64,000 nucleotides of DNA from Dehalococcoidia bacterium (GTDB lineage Bacteria > Chloroflexota > Dehalococcoidia > Lucifugimonadales > UBA3495), in assembly GCA_963665395.2 (NCBI GenBank), contig OY762251.1, forward strand, positions 432,151 to 496,150, in the 5' to 3' direction. The notes under the pieces were generated by a model. That model did not search any database, was not told the DNA's origin, and saw only the letters and a list, made by a program, of their open reading frames with translations. A program made the translations under genes and the position numbers. Shown here in pieces: positions 46,550-55,400 of the stretch (the stretch's first letter is position 1; the number at the start of each line of letters is the position of its first letter).

Positions 46550-47578
46550 TCACTCGCCGCCGATTTTGCGGGTGCGGATGCGGTAGCCGGTGGTGTCGAT
46601 GATGGCGCTGTAGCGTCCTCCGGTGCCGCCGCCGTGCATGATGAGGATGTCGTCGGGGTCGTTGGCGCAGCGCATGATGAGCTCCTCGTCGCCGGGCCGC
46701 TCCGGGCCCTGCTTGGAGCCCAGCCGCACCAGCTCGGCGCGGGAGCGTCCGCTGTTTTCAATCAGGAACTCCTGGATGTCCCGCCGGCTCCAGCCGTCGC
46801 CTTGCAGCGTGAGGGCGTGTTCGGGACCGATGACGATGACCCACTGGGCCGGATAGCGGTGGGCCAGGGCCGTCGAACGCAGCGCGTCGCAGATGGAGTA
46901 CAGGATCTGACGACCCGTGTGGCCGTAGCTATTGGGCACGCTGACCGGGTTGTAGGCCACGGCCACGGTGACCACGCTGTCGGAGGCGTCGAAGCCCCGG
47001 CTCACGTGCAGCGGCTCCCAGGGTGAGGTTTCCTCGTTCTCCGCGACGCAGAAGGTGTACTTGGCCGGCGTGCCCAGGGTGCCCCGGTCCAGCTGCCCGG
47101 GCCAGGCGTCAAAGCCGTTCATAAAGCAGAGGCGCACGGCCCGCCCGATGCTGGCGTTGGCGCGAAAGCCGGGGCCGAACAGCCCGTCCCGGCTGTTGAT
47201 GCCCAAAGCCTCCCGGATGGGGCCGTTGAGCACCATCAGGATGCTGGGCGAACTGGTGGACGAGGCCGCCATGTTGACGAAGTTGCGCTCTTCTTCCAGC
47301 GTCCGCAGGGCGGTTACCAGCACGGGGAAGTATTCCGCCTGACAGCCGGCCATCACGGCGTTGGCGGCAGCGTTCTCCGACGTGATAACCCGGCTGCGCA
47401 TATCCAGGTTGAGCAGCTCCTCCTCGCCGGTAAGGCCGGCGAAGGACAGCATCTCACGGACTTTGTAATCAGCCGGCGGCACCACCGGCAGGCCGTCGGT
47501 CCAGCCGAGGCGGAAACATTCCTCAATGGCCTCAATGGTGTCGGCGGTTTCAACATGGCGTTCGGCGCTGGTGGTCAT
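46550..47578 (-). CDS. Conserved hypothetical protein (342 aa) with a GWTDGLPVVPP motif
   Basis: The start was moved to ATG 47578 (AAGGAG 6 nt upstream). The nominal ATG 47608 lies inside a REP element. The composition looks like a soluble enzyme. I cannot name the family. Confidence 0.6.
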   Translation of the reverse strand: MTTSAERHVETADTIEAIEECFRLGWTDGLPVVPPADYKVREMLSFAGLTGEEELLNLDMRSRVITSENAAANAVMAGCQAEYFPVLVTALRTLEEERNFVNMAASSTSSPSILMVLNGPIREALGINSRDGLFGPGFRANASIGRAVRLCFMNGFDAWPGQLDRGTLGTPAKYTFCVAENEETSPWEPLHVSRGFDASDSVVTVAVAYNPVSVPNSYGHTGRQILYSICDALRSTALAHRYPAQWVIVIGPEHALTLQGDGWSRRDIQEFLIENSGRSRAELVRLGSKQGPERPGDEELIMRCANDPDDILIMHGGGTGGRYSAIIDTTGYRIRTRKIGGE

Positions 47579-47603
47579 CGTAAGCTCCTTGTCTGCATCT
47601 AAT

Positions 47604-47658
47604 GTCATTCCCGCGAAAGAACGTCACCCCGTACATGATACGGGGCGGGAATCCAGAG
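47604..47658. repeat. Nested REP hairpins: a family-C palindrome inserted in the loop of a gtcattcccgc....gcgggaatccagag hairpin
   Basis: gtcattcccgcgaaagaacgtca[ccccgtacatgatacgggg]cgggaatccagag. The simple form of the outer hairpin is at 52436..52464, and a relative is at 13521..13547. Confidence 0.7.
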
Positions 47659-47659
47659 T

Positions 47660-48058
47660 TCATGCGGTTTCGGTGAGAGGTTCCAGTATGTCGAGGAGGG
47701 TTGCCATACGCTCCAACCCACGGCTGATAACGTCAGCGCGGAGGAACACCTTGCGGGTATAAAAATACCCGTGCAGTTCGTTGGCATTGCCCCTCAAATC
47801 GTCCAGCCTGGCGTCGCCGCATAAGTCCTGCGCCTGGTACATAACGGTGTTAAACTGGGCGTGTCTTTTATATTCCCAGCCCTGAGCGTCGGCGACGGCC
47901 TTGGCCATCCAAGCCGCCGCGCCCCAGCCCTTTTCGGACGCCTGATGCAGGTCGTCATCGGCGAGGTATTGCCGGCTTTTAACCAGAAACACGCGGGCCT
48001 GCTGGCGATAGTCGGCAATAGGATCGTCAAAAGGTTCCATGGGGGATGTTTGGGTCAT
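47660..48058 (-). CDS. PaREP1-like (HEPN-superfamily-like helical) protein
   Basis: ARVFLVKSRQYLADDDLHQASEKGWGAAAWMAKAVA...KRHAQF....ANELHGYFY matches the PaREP1 pattern (asEK.w.Aa...vKA.a....H......a..LH..fY), from memory. Its ATG overlaps the upstream stop (ATGA at 48055..48058). Confidence 0.55.
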   Translation of the reverse strand: MTQTSPMEPFDDPIADYRQQARVFLVKSRQYLADDDLHQASEKGWGAAAWMAKAVADAQGWEYKRHAQFNTVMYQAQDLCGDARLDDLRGNANELHGYFYTRKVFLRADVISRGLERMATLLDILEPLTETA

Positions 48059-48462
48059 GATTGCTCCAATTGCTTTTTCAACCGTCCGGTAACCAGCAGG
48101 CCGTCGGTTACGCTGTAACCATGGCCGGGGTAGTCCCGTGCGCTGTTGGTATCCATGTAAGCGGTTCGCCCGCTGACGATTGGCGCGATGGATATGACCT
48201 CGTATCCGGCGGCGTCCAGGTCGTTGCAGCAGCGTTCCAGAAAGTCGGCCATCTGCTGCAACCGGGTCCGTTCCTCGCCGGTGATGCGCACGTCGCCGGC
48301 GCTGCCGCCGTGGGTGGACAGCGTGGTGTCGGCGTACACGTAGCGGGTAGTGTACGTGGGCTTGCCCCCGGTAGGATACGCCGAGCGGAACAATTCGATT
48401 ACCTCATCGTGCCGGCTTGCGTCGGGCGATTTGGCCGACGGGCTACCCCCCCATCCCCTCAA
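48055..48462 (-). CDS. Small hypothetical protein, translationally coupled partner of the PaREP1-like gene
   Basis: ORF track, 135 aa from TTG 48462, overlapping the upstream gene by 20 nt. A shorter TTG start with GAGG 8 nt upstream is possible. No family recognised. Confidence 0.45.
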   Translation of the reverse strand: MRGWGGSPSAKSPDASRHDEVIELFRSAYPTGGKPTYTTRYVYADTTLSTHGGSAGDVRITGEERTRLQQMADFLERCCNDLDAAGYEVISIAPIVSGRTAYMDTNSARDYPGHGYSVTDGLLVTGRLKKQLEQS

Positions 48463-49345
48463 ACCGCAGCTGCACTCCTGACTTCTCTTCCTGCAACTTC
48501 GCCACGGCGTCGGAGTCCTCCGGCCCCCAGCCGCGGAGCAGGGCCTCCACGTGGCGCTGGTCCACCAGGTTGGACAGTTCCATGGGGATGCCGTACTCCC
48601 GTCCCAAATCCGTGGCCAGGCGCACGTCCTTGGCCGCCAGGGCGGTGGCGAACCCCGGCTCGAAGTTGTTGGCGAACAGGTAGCGGGGGAACTTCTCGAC
48701 GAGCCGGCGGTTGCCGCCGCTGCTGTTGGCGATGACGTCGGCCAGCGTCTCCAGCGATACGCCGGCCTTGACGCCCAGGGTCAGCGATTCGGCCATCAGC
48801 ACGCCGATGCCCATGGACAGCAGGTTGTTGCAGATCTTGGTCACCATGCCGTTGCCGATTTCGCCGCAATAGACCACGTGGGCGCCGATGGCGTCCAGCA
48901 TGGGCTTGACCGTATCGTAGGTGTCGCGGTCGCCGCCCACCATGACGGCCAGGGTGCCGGCCGCCGCGCCATATACTCCGCCGCTCACCGGAGCGTCCAG
49001 CACGGTCACGCCCCGGGCGGCGCATTCGTCGTGGATGCGCCGGATCACCGTGGGCGAGTTGGTGGACAGGTCAACGTACACGTCTCCCGAACCGGCGGCG
49101 GACATGATCCCGTTCTCGCCCATCACCACCGCCTCCACGTCCCGGGGCACGGGCAGGGAGGTAAAAATCGCGTCCTTGCCGGCCACGCACCCGGCCGGCG
49201 TGTCGGCCCACTCCGCGCCCATCTCCAGCAGGTTGGTGGCCGACTCCCGGCGCAGGTCATGCACCGTGAGTTGGTGCCCCGCTTTAATCATATTGGCGGC
49301 CATGGGGTTGCCCATATTGCCCACGCCAATAAACCCAGCTTTCAT
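48443..49345 (-). CDS. NAD(P)-dependent 3-hydroxyisobutyrate / 6-phosphogluconate dehydrogenase-family oxidoreductase
   Basis: MKAGFIGVGNMGNPMAANM, LDAPVSGG, GNGMVTKICNN. The start was moved to ATG 49345 (AGGAG upstream). Confidence 0.85.
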   Translation of the reverse strand: MKAGFIGVGNMGNPMAANMIKAGHQLTVHDLRRESATNLLEMGAEWADTPAGCVAGKDAIFTSLPVPRDVEAVVMGENGIMSAAGSGDVYVDLSTNSPTVIRRIHDECAARGVTVLDAPVSGGVYGAAAGTLAVMVGGDRDTYDTVKPMLDAIGAHVVYCGEIGNGMVTKICNNLLSMGIGVLMAESLTLGVKAGVSLETLADVIANSSGGNRRLVEKFPRYLFANNFEPGFATALAAKDVRLATDLGREYGIPMELSNLVDQRHVEALLRGWGPEDSDAVAKLQEEKSGVQLRFEGMGG

Positions 49346-49473
49346 AATCAATCGCTCCTGAAACGCCCCCGATGCCAGCGGCCGGCGGCAGGTGGGCGCA
49401 TTATAGCACCGGGCCGGCGACGGGGTTGGCTGAAGCCAAAAGGGGTAGCGTTCCGTTTCAGGTGGTTTGGTTA

Positions 49474-49606
49474 CAGGGCTTGTGCAAAGTCACCACGTAA
49501 CCCTTTCCCGCTCATCCTGAGCTTGTCGAAGGATGCTCATTGCAATCGACAAATGGTTCGATAGGCTCACCATGAGCGTATGACAAGGGACTTTGCACAA
49601 GCCCTG
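49474..49606. repeat. MITE family B copy 1 (133 bp), TIR cagggcttgtgcaaagtc
   Basis: Nearly identical to 57115..57247. Flanked by gtttggtt(a/g) on both sides. Confidence 0.8.
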
Positions 49607-49615
49607 GTTTGGTTG

Positions 49616-49749
49616 CAGGACGATTGCAAAGTCCTTGTACCTCCGCTCATGGTGAGCCTGTCGAACCACGCGCTACTCTGGTCAAGCCATCCTTCGACAA
49701 GCTCAGGATGAGCGGATCAGGAGGTTCCGCCGACTTTGCAATCGTCCTG
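49616..49749. repeat. MITE family B-related copy 2 (134 bp), TIR caggacgattgcaaagtc
   Basis: Same architecture and internal motifs (ctcatggtgagcctgtcgaac, cttcgacaagctcaggatgagcgg). Flanked again by g(g)tttggtt. Confidence 0.75.
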
Positions 49750-49767
49750 GGTTTGGTTGTTGAACCC

Positions 49768-49796
49768 TTGACATGATGATAATACCGTGCTAGTTT
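49768..49796 (+). promoter_or_regulatory. Candidate sigma70-like promoter (TTGACA, 17 nt, TAGTTT) upstream of the 50056 gene
   Basis: ttgaca at 49768..49773 and tagttt at 49791..49796. This would give a leader of about 250 nt. Confidence 0.3.
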
Positions 49797-49902
49797 CCTT
49801 GCCGTTGCGCTACGCCTTAACATTGATACAATATCTCAATGGGCTTTGCGGTTGGCGCGTTGCGCCGCCGGCGCTTGGCGCCGGTTGACCGCGTATCGTT
49901 CA

Positions 49903-49975
49903 GGCTATGGAGGGACGGCCTGGGACGAGGCCCGCGCCGTATTCGTCACGGGCTATGGAGGGACGGCCTGGGACG
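49903..49975 (+). repeat. Two perfect 25-bp direct repeats, 48 bp apart, in the leader of the 50056 gene
   Basis: ggctatggagggacggcctgggacg at 49903..49927 and at 49951..49975. Confidence 0.8.
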
Positions 49976-50055
49976 GCTTCGGTTTTTTACCAATGTTCGC
50001 CGGCCGGGATTTCACCAAAATTCCAACCTGCCCGGCGGCGACAAGGAGCATATCC

Positions 50056-52251
50056 ATGGCAATGTCCCTCCGCGCGAACCCACCGTTGCGGCGCGCCCTG
50101 GCCCTCGGCCTGGGAACGCTCGCCGTCGCTTTGGTCATCGGCCTGCTGTTCTACGCCGGCAGCAGCCCCGGCCCCGCCACCGCCAGCAACGCCCCGCCCC
50201 CCGACGGCGTTACCGCCGCGCCCGAACCGGCCAGCGTCAGCGCCCAGGCTACAGCGACCCCAACACCAACGCCTACTCCCACGCCAACCCCCACGCCCCA
50301 TCCGACGCCGGAAGGCTGCCCCACCGCGGCCAACACCGCCAGCGTCGTCTCCGCCGGCGAGTACGGCATCTTCGACGTCTATTGGAGCACCGCCGAGGAA
50401 AACCTCGCCACCAACCCCTGCCCGCCCGCCGTGGAACACCATGTGACGGAAGAGACGGTACCGGGCGGACGTGGCCAGCCTGATACTACCAAGAAGGTAG
50501 TGACCGGCAACACCCGCACCGCTTCCAACATCAACCTGGACACCACCATCATCCACGTGCTGGAAGGGAACAAGCAGACGCGGCCCTCCGACGACACAAC
50601 GTGGAAGGCGAAGTACCCCTTCCTGTACGTCGATACCGACAACGATGAGACTCCGGACACGGCCATTCCGGGCACCGACAACTTCTGGGTGCTGCCCTAC
50701 TGCGACCCCACCTGGTCCGGACATACGGAGGACGACACCAACCTGTGTATCGGCTTCTCAGCCGGCCTGCTCCACCAGGACCACTGGCTGCTGCAACCCG
50801 GCAGTACGACCAAGGGCCCGATTCAGTACGAGTTCGAGTCCATCCGGGAGCCGGGCATTGCCGTGGGCGACCGGGGCCTGGCCTTCGCCTTCTATCCCCA
50901 CGACGACCTGGACAGCGACGACGACGGCACAAATGACCGGAAGCAGGTCACCTGGAGCACCCTGGACGCCAACGAAAGTGCGTTGCAGATTACGCCCGGA
51001 ACCTACGAGCACCGGCACTGGGGCTTCACCAGGCCCGGCACCTACGTGTTCCAGGTTCACGCCAAGGGCCACCCCGAGGGCGCCCTGTACCCCGGCTCCA
51101 CCCTTCCCGACACGGTCAGCAGCGTGGTGCGTTCCTACACCTTCCACGTGGGGCTGATGGCCGACCTGTCGGTGACCGCCACCGTGGACGACAGCGCGCC
51201 GGCCCCGGGCGACACGGTGACCTACACCATCACCGCCACCAACCAGGGGCCGGACGCGGCCACCGCCACCAAGGTGGACGTCACCCTGCCCACCGGCCTC
51301 ACCTACGTGTCGGCCACCCCCGGCGCCAACTCCGGGACCTACGACAGCGCCGCCGGCGTCTGGACCGTCGGCAACATGGCTGCGCCCACCACCACCGGCA
51401 CGGGCGAAAACCAGACCACCACCTACGCCACCGCTTCCCTGGTGGTCAAGGCCACCGTGGACGCCGGCACCCGGGGCCAGGCCCTGGAGACGGAGGCGGA
51501 AATCTACGCCACCGAGACCATCGGCTCGTCCACGGTCCGGGAGCTGGACCCCCGAACGGCGGACAACAAGGCCACGGCGACGGTGACGCCGGCGGTTGAG
51601 GCGAACAAGCCCCCGGCCTTCTACGTGGCCCGCTCCATTGCCGAGAACTCAGCCGGCGGAACCAACCTGGGCCCGGTCATCACCGCCGGCGACCCCAACT
51701 CCGGCGACACGCTGAAGTACACCATCACCGGAACCGGCGCCAACCTGTTCGACGCGGACACCGTCGCCGGCGGCGCCCAGGTCAAGGTGGCGACCGGCGC
51801 CCACGTCAACTACGAAGACGCCGCATCCTACGACCTGACCCTCAACGTCAGCGACGGCAAGGACGCCAGCGGCAACACGGACACCGCCGTTGACGCCAGC
51901 CTCCCGCTGCGTATCAGCGTCACCGACGTGGCTGCGGAAACCCTGTCGGTTCACCTGGCCGCCGTCCCCGACGATCCGACGACGGGCAGCCAGATATTGC
52001 TGAACGCGACGTTGGGAACCCCGCCGGTGGCAGTAAAGAACATTACGGCGTACTCCCTGGAGACGTGCGATGGCGATGGCCAAAACTGTACCACCAGCTA
52101 CGCCGCCGACGACATCAACGTCGGACTCCCCTTGTCGTACGCGACGGAAACGTCCGCCGGGGAGAAGATGTACCAGTTGACGGTGCAGTACGGAAATTCG
52201 GTGCAAGTCAGGTCCAACTGGGTGAACGTCACCTGGACGACGCCGCAGTAG
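50056..52251 (+). CDS. Secreted or anchored protein: signal-anchor, PT linker, N-terminal domain with an HRHWGFTRPGTYVFQVHA motif (anchor-associated-domain-like), DUF11 repeat domain, cadherin-like domain
   Basis: The start was moved to ATG 50056 (AAGGAG 7 nt upstream; MAMSLRANPPLRRALALGLGTLAVALVIGLL). DUF11-like DLSVTATVDDSAPAPGDTVTYTITATNQGPDAATATKVDVTLPTGLTYVS. Cadherin-like ..YVARSIAENS..GDTLKYTITG....YDLTLNVSDG. Confidence 0.8.
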   Translation: MAMSLRANPPLRRALALGLGTLAVALVIGLLFYAGSSPGPATASNAPPPDGVTAAPEPASVSAQATATPTPTPTPTPTPTPHPTPEGCPTAANTASVVSAGEYGIFDVYWSTAEENLATNPCPPAVEHHVTEETVPGGRGQPDTTKKVVTGNTRTASNINLDTTIIHVLEGNKQTRPSDDTTWKAKYPFLYVDTDNDETPDTAIPGTDNFWVLPYCDPTWSGHTEDDTNLCIGFSAGLLHQDHWLLQPGSTTKGPIQYEFESIREPGIAVGDRGLAFAFYPHDDLDSDDDGTNDRKQVTWSTLDANESALQITPGTYEHRHWGFTRPGTYVFQVHAKGHPEGALYPGSTLPDTVSSVVRSYTFHVGLMADLSVTATVDDSAPAPGDTVTYTITATNQGPDAATATKVDVTLPTGLTYVSATPGANSGTYDSAAGVWTVGNMAAPTTTGTGENQTTTYATASLVVKATVDAGTRGQALETEAEIYATETIGSSTVRELDPRTADNKATATVTPAVEANKPPAFYVARSIAENSAGGTNLGPVITAGDPNSGDTLKYTITGTGANLFDADTVAGGAQVKVATGAHVNYEDAASYDLTLNVSDGKDASGNTDTAVDASLPLRISVTDVAAETLSVHLAAVPDDPTTGSQILLNATLGTPPVAVKNITAYSLETCDGDGQNCTTSYAADDINVGLPLSYATETSAGEKMYQLTVQYGNSVQVRSNWVNVTWTTPQ

Positions 52252-52283
52252 CGCCGGCGGCTCCAAGCCAACCGCAATCCAAT

Positions 52284-52395
52284 GTCAGAAGCAGGATTTA
52301 CCGGATTGATGGGATGGTCAAGATTGGAATGGTAGCCGTCACTGAACAGCTCCAATCCTGATAATCCTTCAAATCCTGAAAATCCTGCTTCTGAC
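52284..52395. repeat. MITE family A copy (112 bp)
   Basis: gtcagaagcaggatttaccggatt ... aatcctgaaaatcctgcttctgac. Confidence 0.8.
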
Positions 52396-52435
52396 GCTTC
52401 GCCCCCACCTGCGCCGTCATTCCCCCACCCACCCC

Positions 52436-52464
52436 GTCATTCCCGCGAAAGCGGGAATCCAGAG
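52436..52464. repeat. REP hairpin gtcattcccgcgaaagcgggaatccagag
   Basis: 8-bp stem attcccgc/gcgggaat with a gaaa loop, 15 nt upstream of the 52479 start. Confidence 0.7.
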
Positions 52465-52478
52465 AGGTTCCAACAACC

Positions 52479-55400
52479 ATGCCTGCCCGCCGCCGCGTCA
52501 CGTCCCGCCGTCCCCTTGTCTTCGTCGTCCTCCTGGCCTTGGCCGCCCTGGGCGCGGCGGCCGCCTTGGCCCTTTTACCCGCCGCCGGCCAAACCGCCTC
52601 CGCTCAAGGTTCCGCCTCCCTGGAAGAATGTCACAACTTGTATCTGGATATGTATGTAGATAACAACGATATGCATTTCACAGTAGCCAATCGCAACGAC
52701 GAAGAAACCATTGCCAACGTGATGGTTAAATTCAAGAGAGATGCTGCAGCTGACGACGACCAGACTTCCCAGTGGACACGCGCTGCTGCTACTCAATTCA
52801 TTGCCGGTTATGGTACTGCATGGGTTAGCGACGCTCCCGACTACATAGTCCACTGGCTGCTGCCCGCCGTGCCGCCGGGCACGTCGTATCGAGCCCGCAT
52901 CGGGCCCGGCAGCTCTCTCGCCCCAGTACGTCAGAGTATTTCGAGGAACACTGTCACCATGGAGCAGCGCGTTCCCGGCGCTGACACCGCGCTCTGTAGA
53001 ACTACGCGAGAGTTCTGGTCTCGCAAGGGTGGCACTTATGTAAGAGCGTTTGCTGGTGTCTATAAAATTGGCGAATTGTCCGTAGATAACCGATACCCGG
53101 CGCCGGGCGGCAACGTGAACTTCAAGGTGGTGGGGGATAGCCAGGATAGCGTCTCTGCATCCGTGAAAGTACAGCACACGTCGGGGCTGGAGTTCCAAAC
53201 CGAAGGAACACCACCGAGCAATAAGGCGCCCGTCATCAAGCCGACCCCGCAATCCCCGCGCACTTTACCGCTGGCGGTGTGGCAACACTACAACGCGACG
53301 ACGGGCGTTGGCGAATTCTACATCGGCAACGAAGGCGTAACGTCAATTGCAGCGAGGCCTGAAATCAGCCTCACGCTGCCGCTGAAGTTGAAGTCGGGGG
53401 TATCGGCGGACGGGCAGTGCCTGACGGCGACGATAACGGCCACGCCCAAGTACGCCAACCCCAACACTCCCGGTGAGAACTACGACGACCCGGCGGACAA
53501 CACCAAGACGGTGTGCCTGGGCAAGCCGCCAACGGATGAGTTGCCGGTTTTGCTCACCGACGGGCCGGCCGACCTGCTCAATCTAGTAGGTTGCGCCAGC
53601 AGGACCGACTATCCCTGCGAGGCTACTGACCCAGCTACCCCCAATCGAGTGGAGCTGGTGGTTGCGGGCAACGACGCAGCCGTCAACGCGGGGATGCCTT
53701 ACCAGTATTTCCAACCCGAAGACGTGGTGGTGCAGATCCCTGACCCGGCCGGCCGGAACACGGTCACCGGCGAGAGCGGCATATTCTGGTGGAGCGGCAG
53801 CGATCAGGCATCTACCGGCGCAAACCACCCCGGCATCGAACCCGGCGTGGCCGGCTATAATACTTCTGAATGTCTCGCGGATAAGGACCCCAACAATTCG
53901 CCCGATGACGACCCTGAATACAAGGGATGGAAACTTGCCATCGCTAACATAACCGACGGCCAGGGCAATACCATCGACCATACTCCGGGGTCGATGACAC
54001 TCTGGGATATATCCTCCGTCGAAAACCATAGCTTCGGTTACGTGGACGTGGACGGCGGCAATAATCTCGGAAGAGAGTTGGAATATCCAGATGACAAATT
54101 GTGTGGAACATCATTTCTATACACGTATGAGTTCGGCAAGTTAGGGACCTATAAAGTGGATTTTACGAACGAGACCAAATACCAGGACGCCAATGCAACC
54201 GCGTACAGCGACACAGCCCGCTACACCTTCCACGTCGGCCCGGCGGCGGAGCTGTCGGTGGCGGACGGCGACGACGTCCCGGCCCTGGCGTCGGGCCAAA
54301 CCGCCTACACGCTGGACTTGTCCAACCACGGCCCCGACCCGTCAGTGGCGGCCAAAGTGGCGGTGCAGCTGCCGGCCGACGCCACCGGCGTCGCCACCGT
54401 GCCCGCCAACCTGGGAACCTTTCACGCCGCCGGAACCACCGCCGGCGTGGCCCACGGCCCTTACTGGATTTGGGACGCCGGCGAGTTGCTCCAGTCCGAC
54501 TTTTCACGGGTGGCGGGCCGGCCCCAGGGCGGGGTAGTGTCCCTCATCGTCACCGGCGTGTCGTCCGGCGCCACCGCCACGGCCACCGTCAGCAACGGCA
54601 ACGGCTCTTGCAGCGTGTCCTCCACCACCTTGACCCACGTCATCCGGGAAGCGGACTGCAAGGCGGTCACCGGCGCCACGTGGACGGCGGCCAATCCCTA
54701 CACGGTCTGCATCGACACCGACCACCTTCGCCTCCTTGACGTAACCCCCAAGCCGGCCAATCAAACGGCCTGCGAAGCCACCACCGGCAACAAGTGGTAC
54801 GCCGGCACGGTGCTGGACCACCGGCCGGGCAACAACACGGCCACGCTGACGGCGCGGGGCGGCGGGGCCGGCCTGTCCGGGTGGTCGGCCGCCCCGGGCG
54901 TCGGCCGTCCCACCGTGATGCTGAACTGGCCGGCGGCAACCGCCGCGGTGGAGTACCGCATCTTCCGCTCCGCCGACGGCAAATTGGGCAGCTACCGGCA
55001 GATCAAGCGGGTTGACCAAGACACCCTCACCTACACCGACGCCGCCGACGTTCTGAAGGAGAACGAAACCTACTACTACCAGGTGGAGGCGCTGTACCCC
55101 AACAAGCGGCTGGCCGACATCTACGCCACCTCCATAACGGCGACGCTGAAGGCCCGGTCGCCCCACGCGCCCTACTCGGTGAGCGGCCTGAAGGCGGCCC
55201 GCACTGCCGACAACGAAAACATCATCGCCGTCACCTGGACGGCGCCGAGCAACGCCACCGCCGCCACCCGCTACGACGTACAGTATCAGACCCGCCTCGG
55301 CAACACCGGCAACTACGGCGACTGGACCGCCGCGGCCACCAAGCAGGCGGGGTTGGCCTACACCATCACCGGGGCCGGCGGCGGCACCAGCTACCGCATC

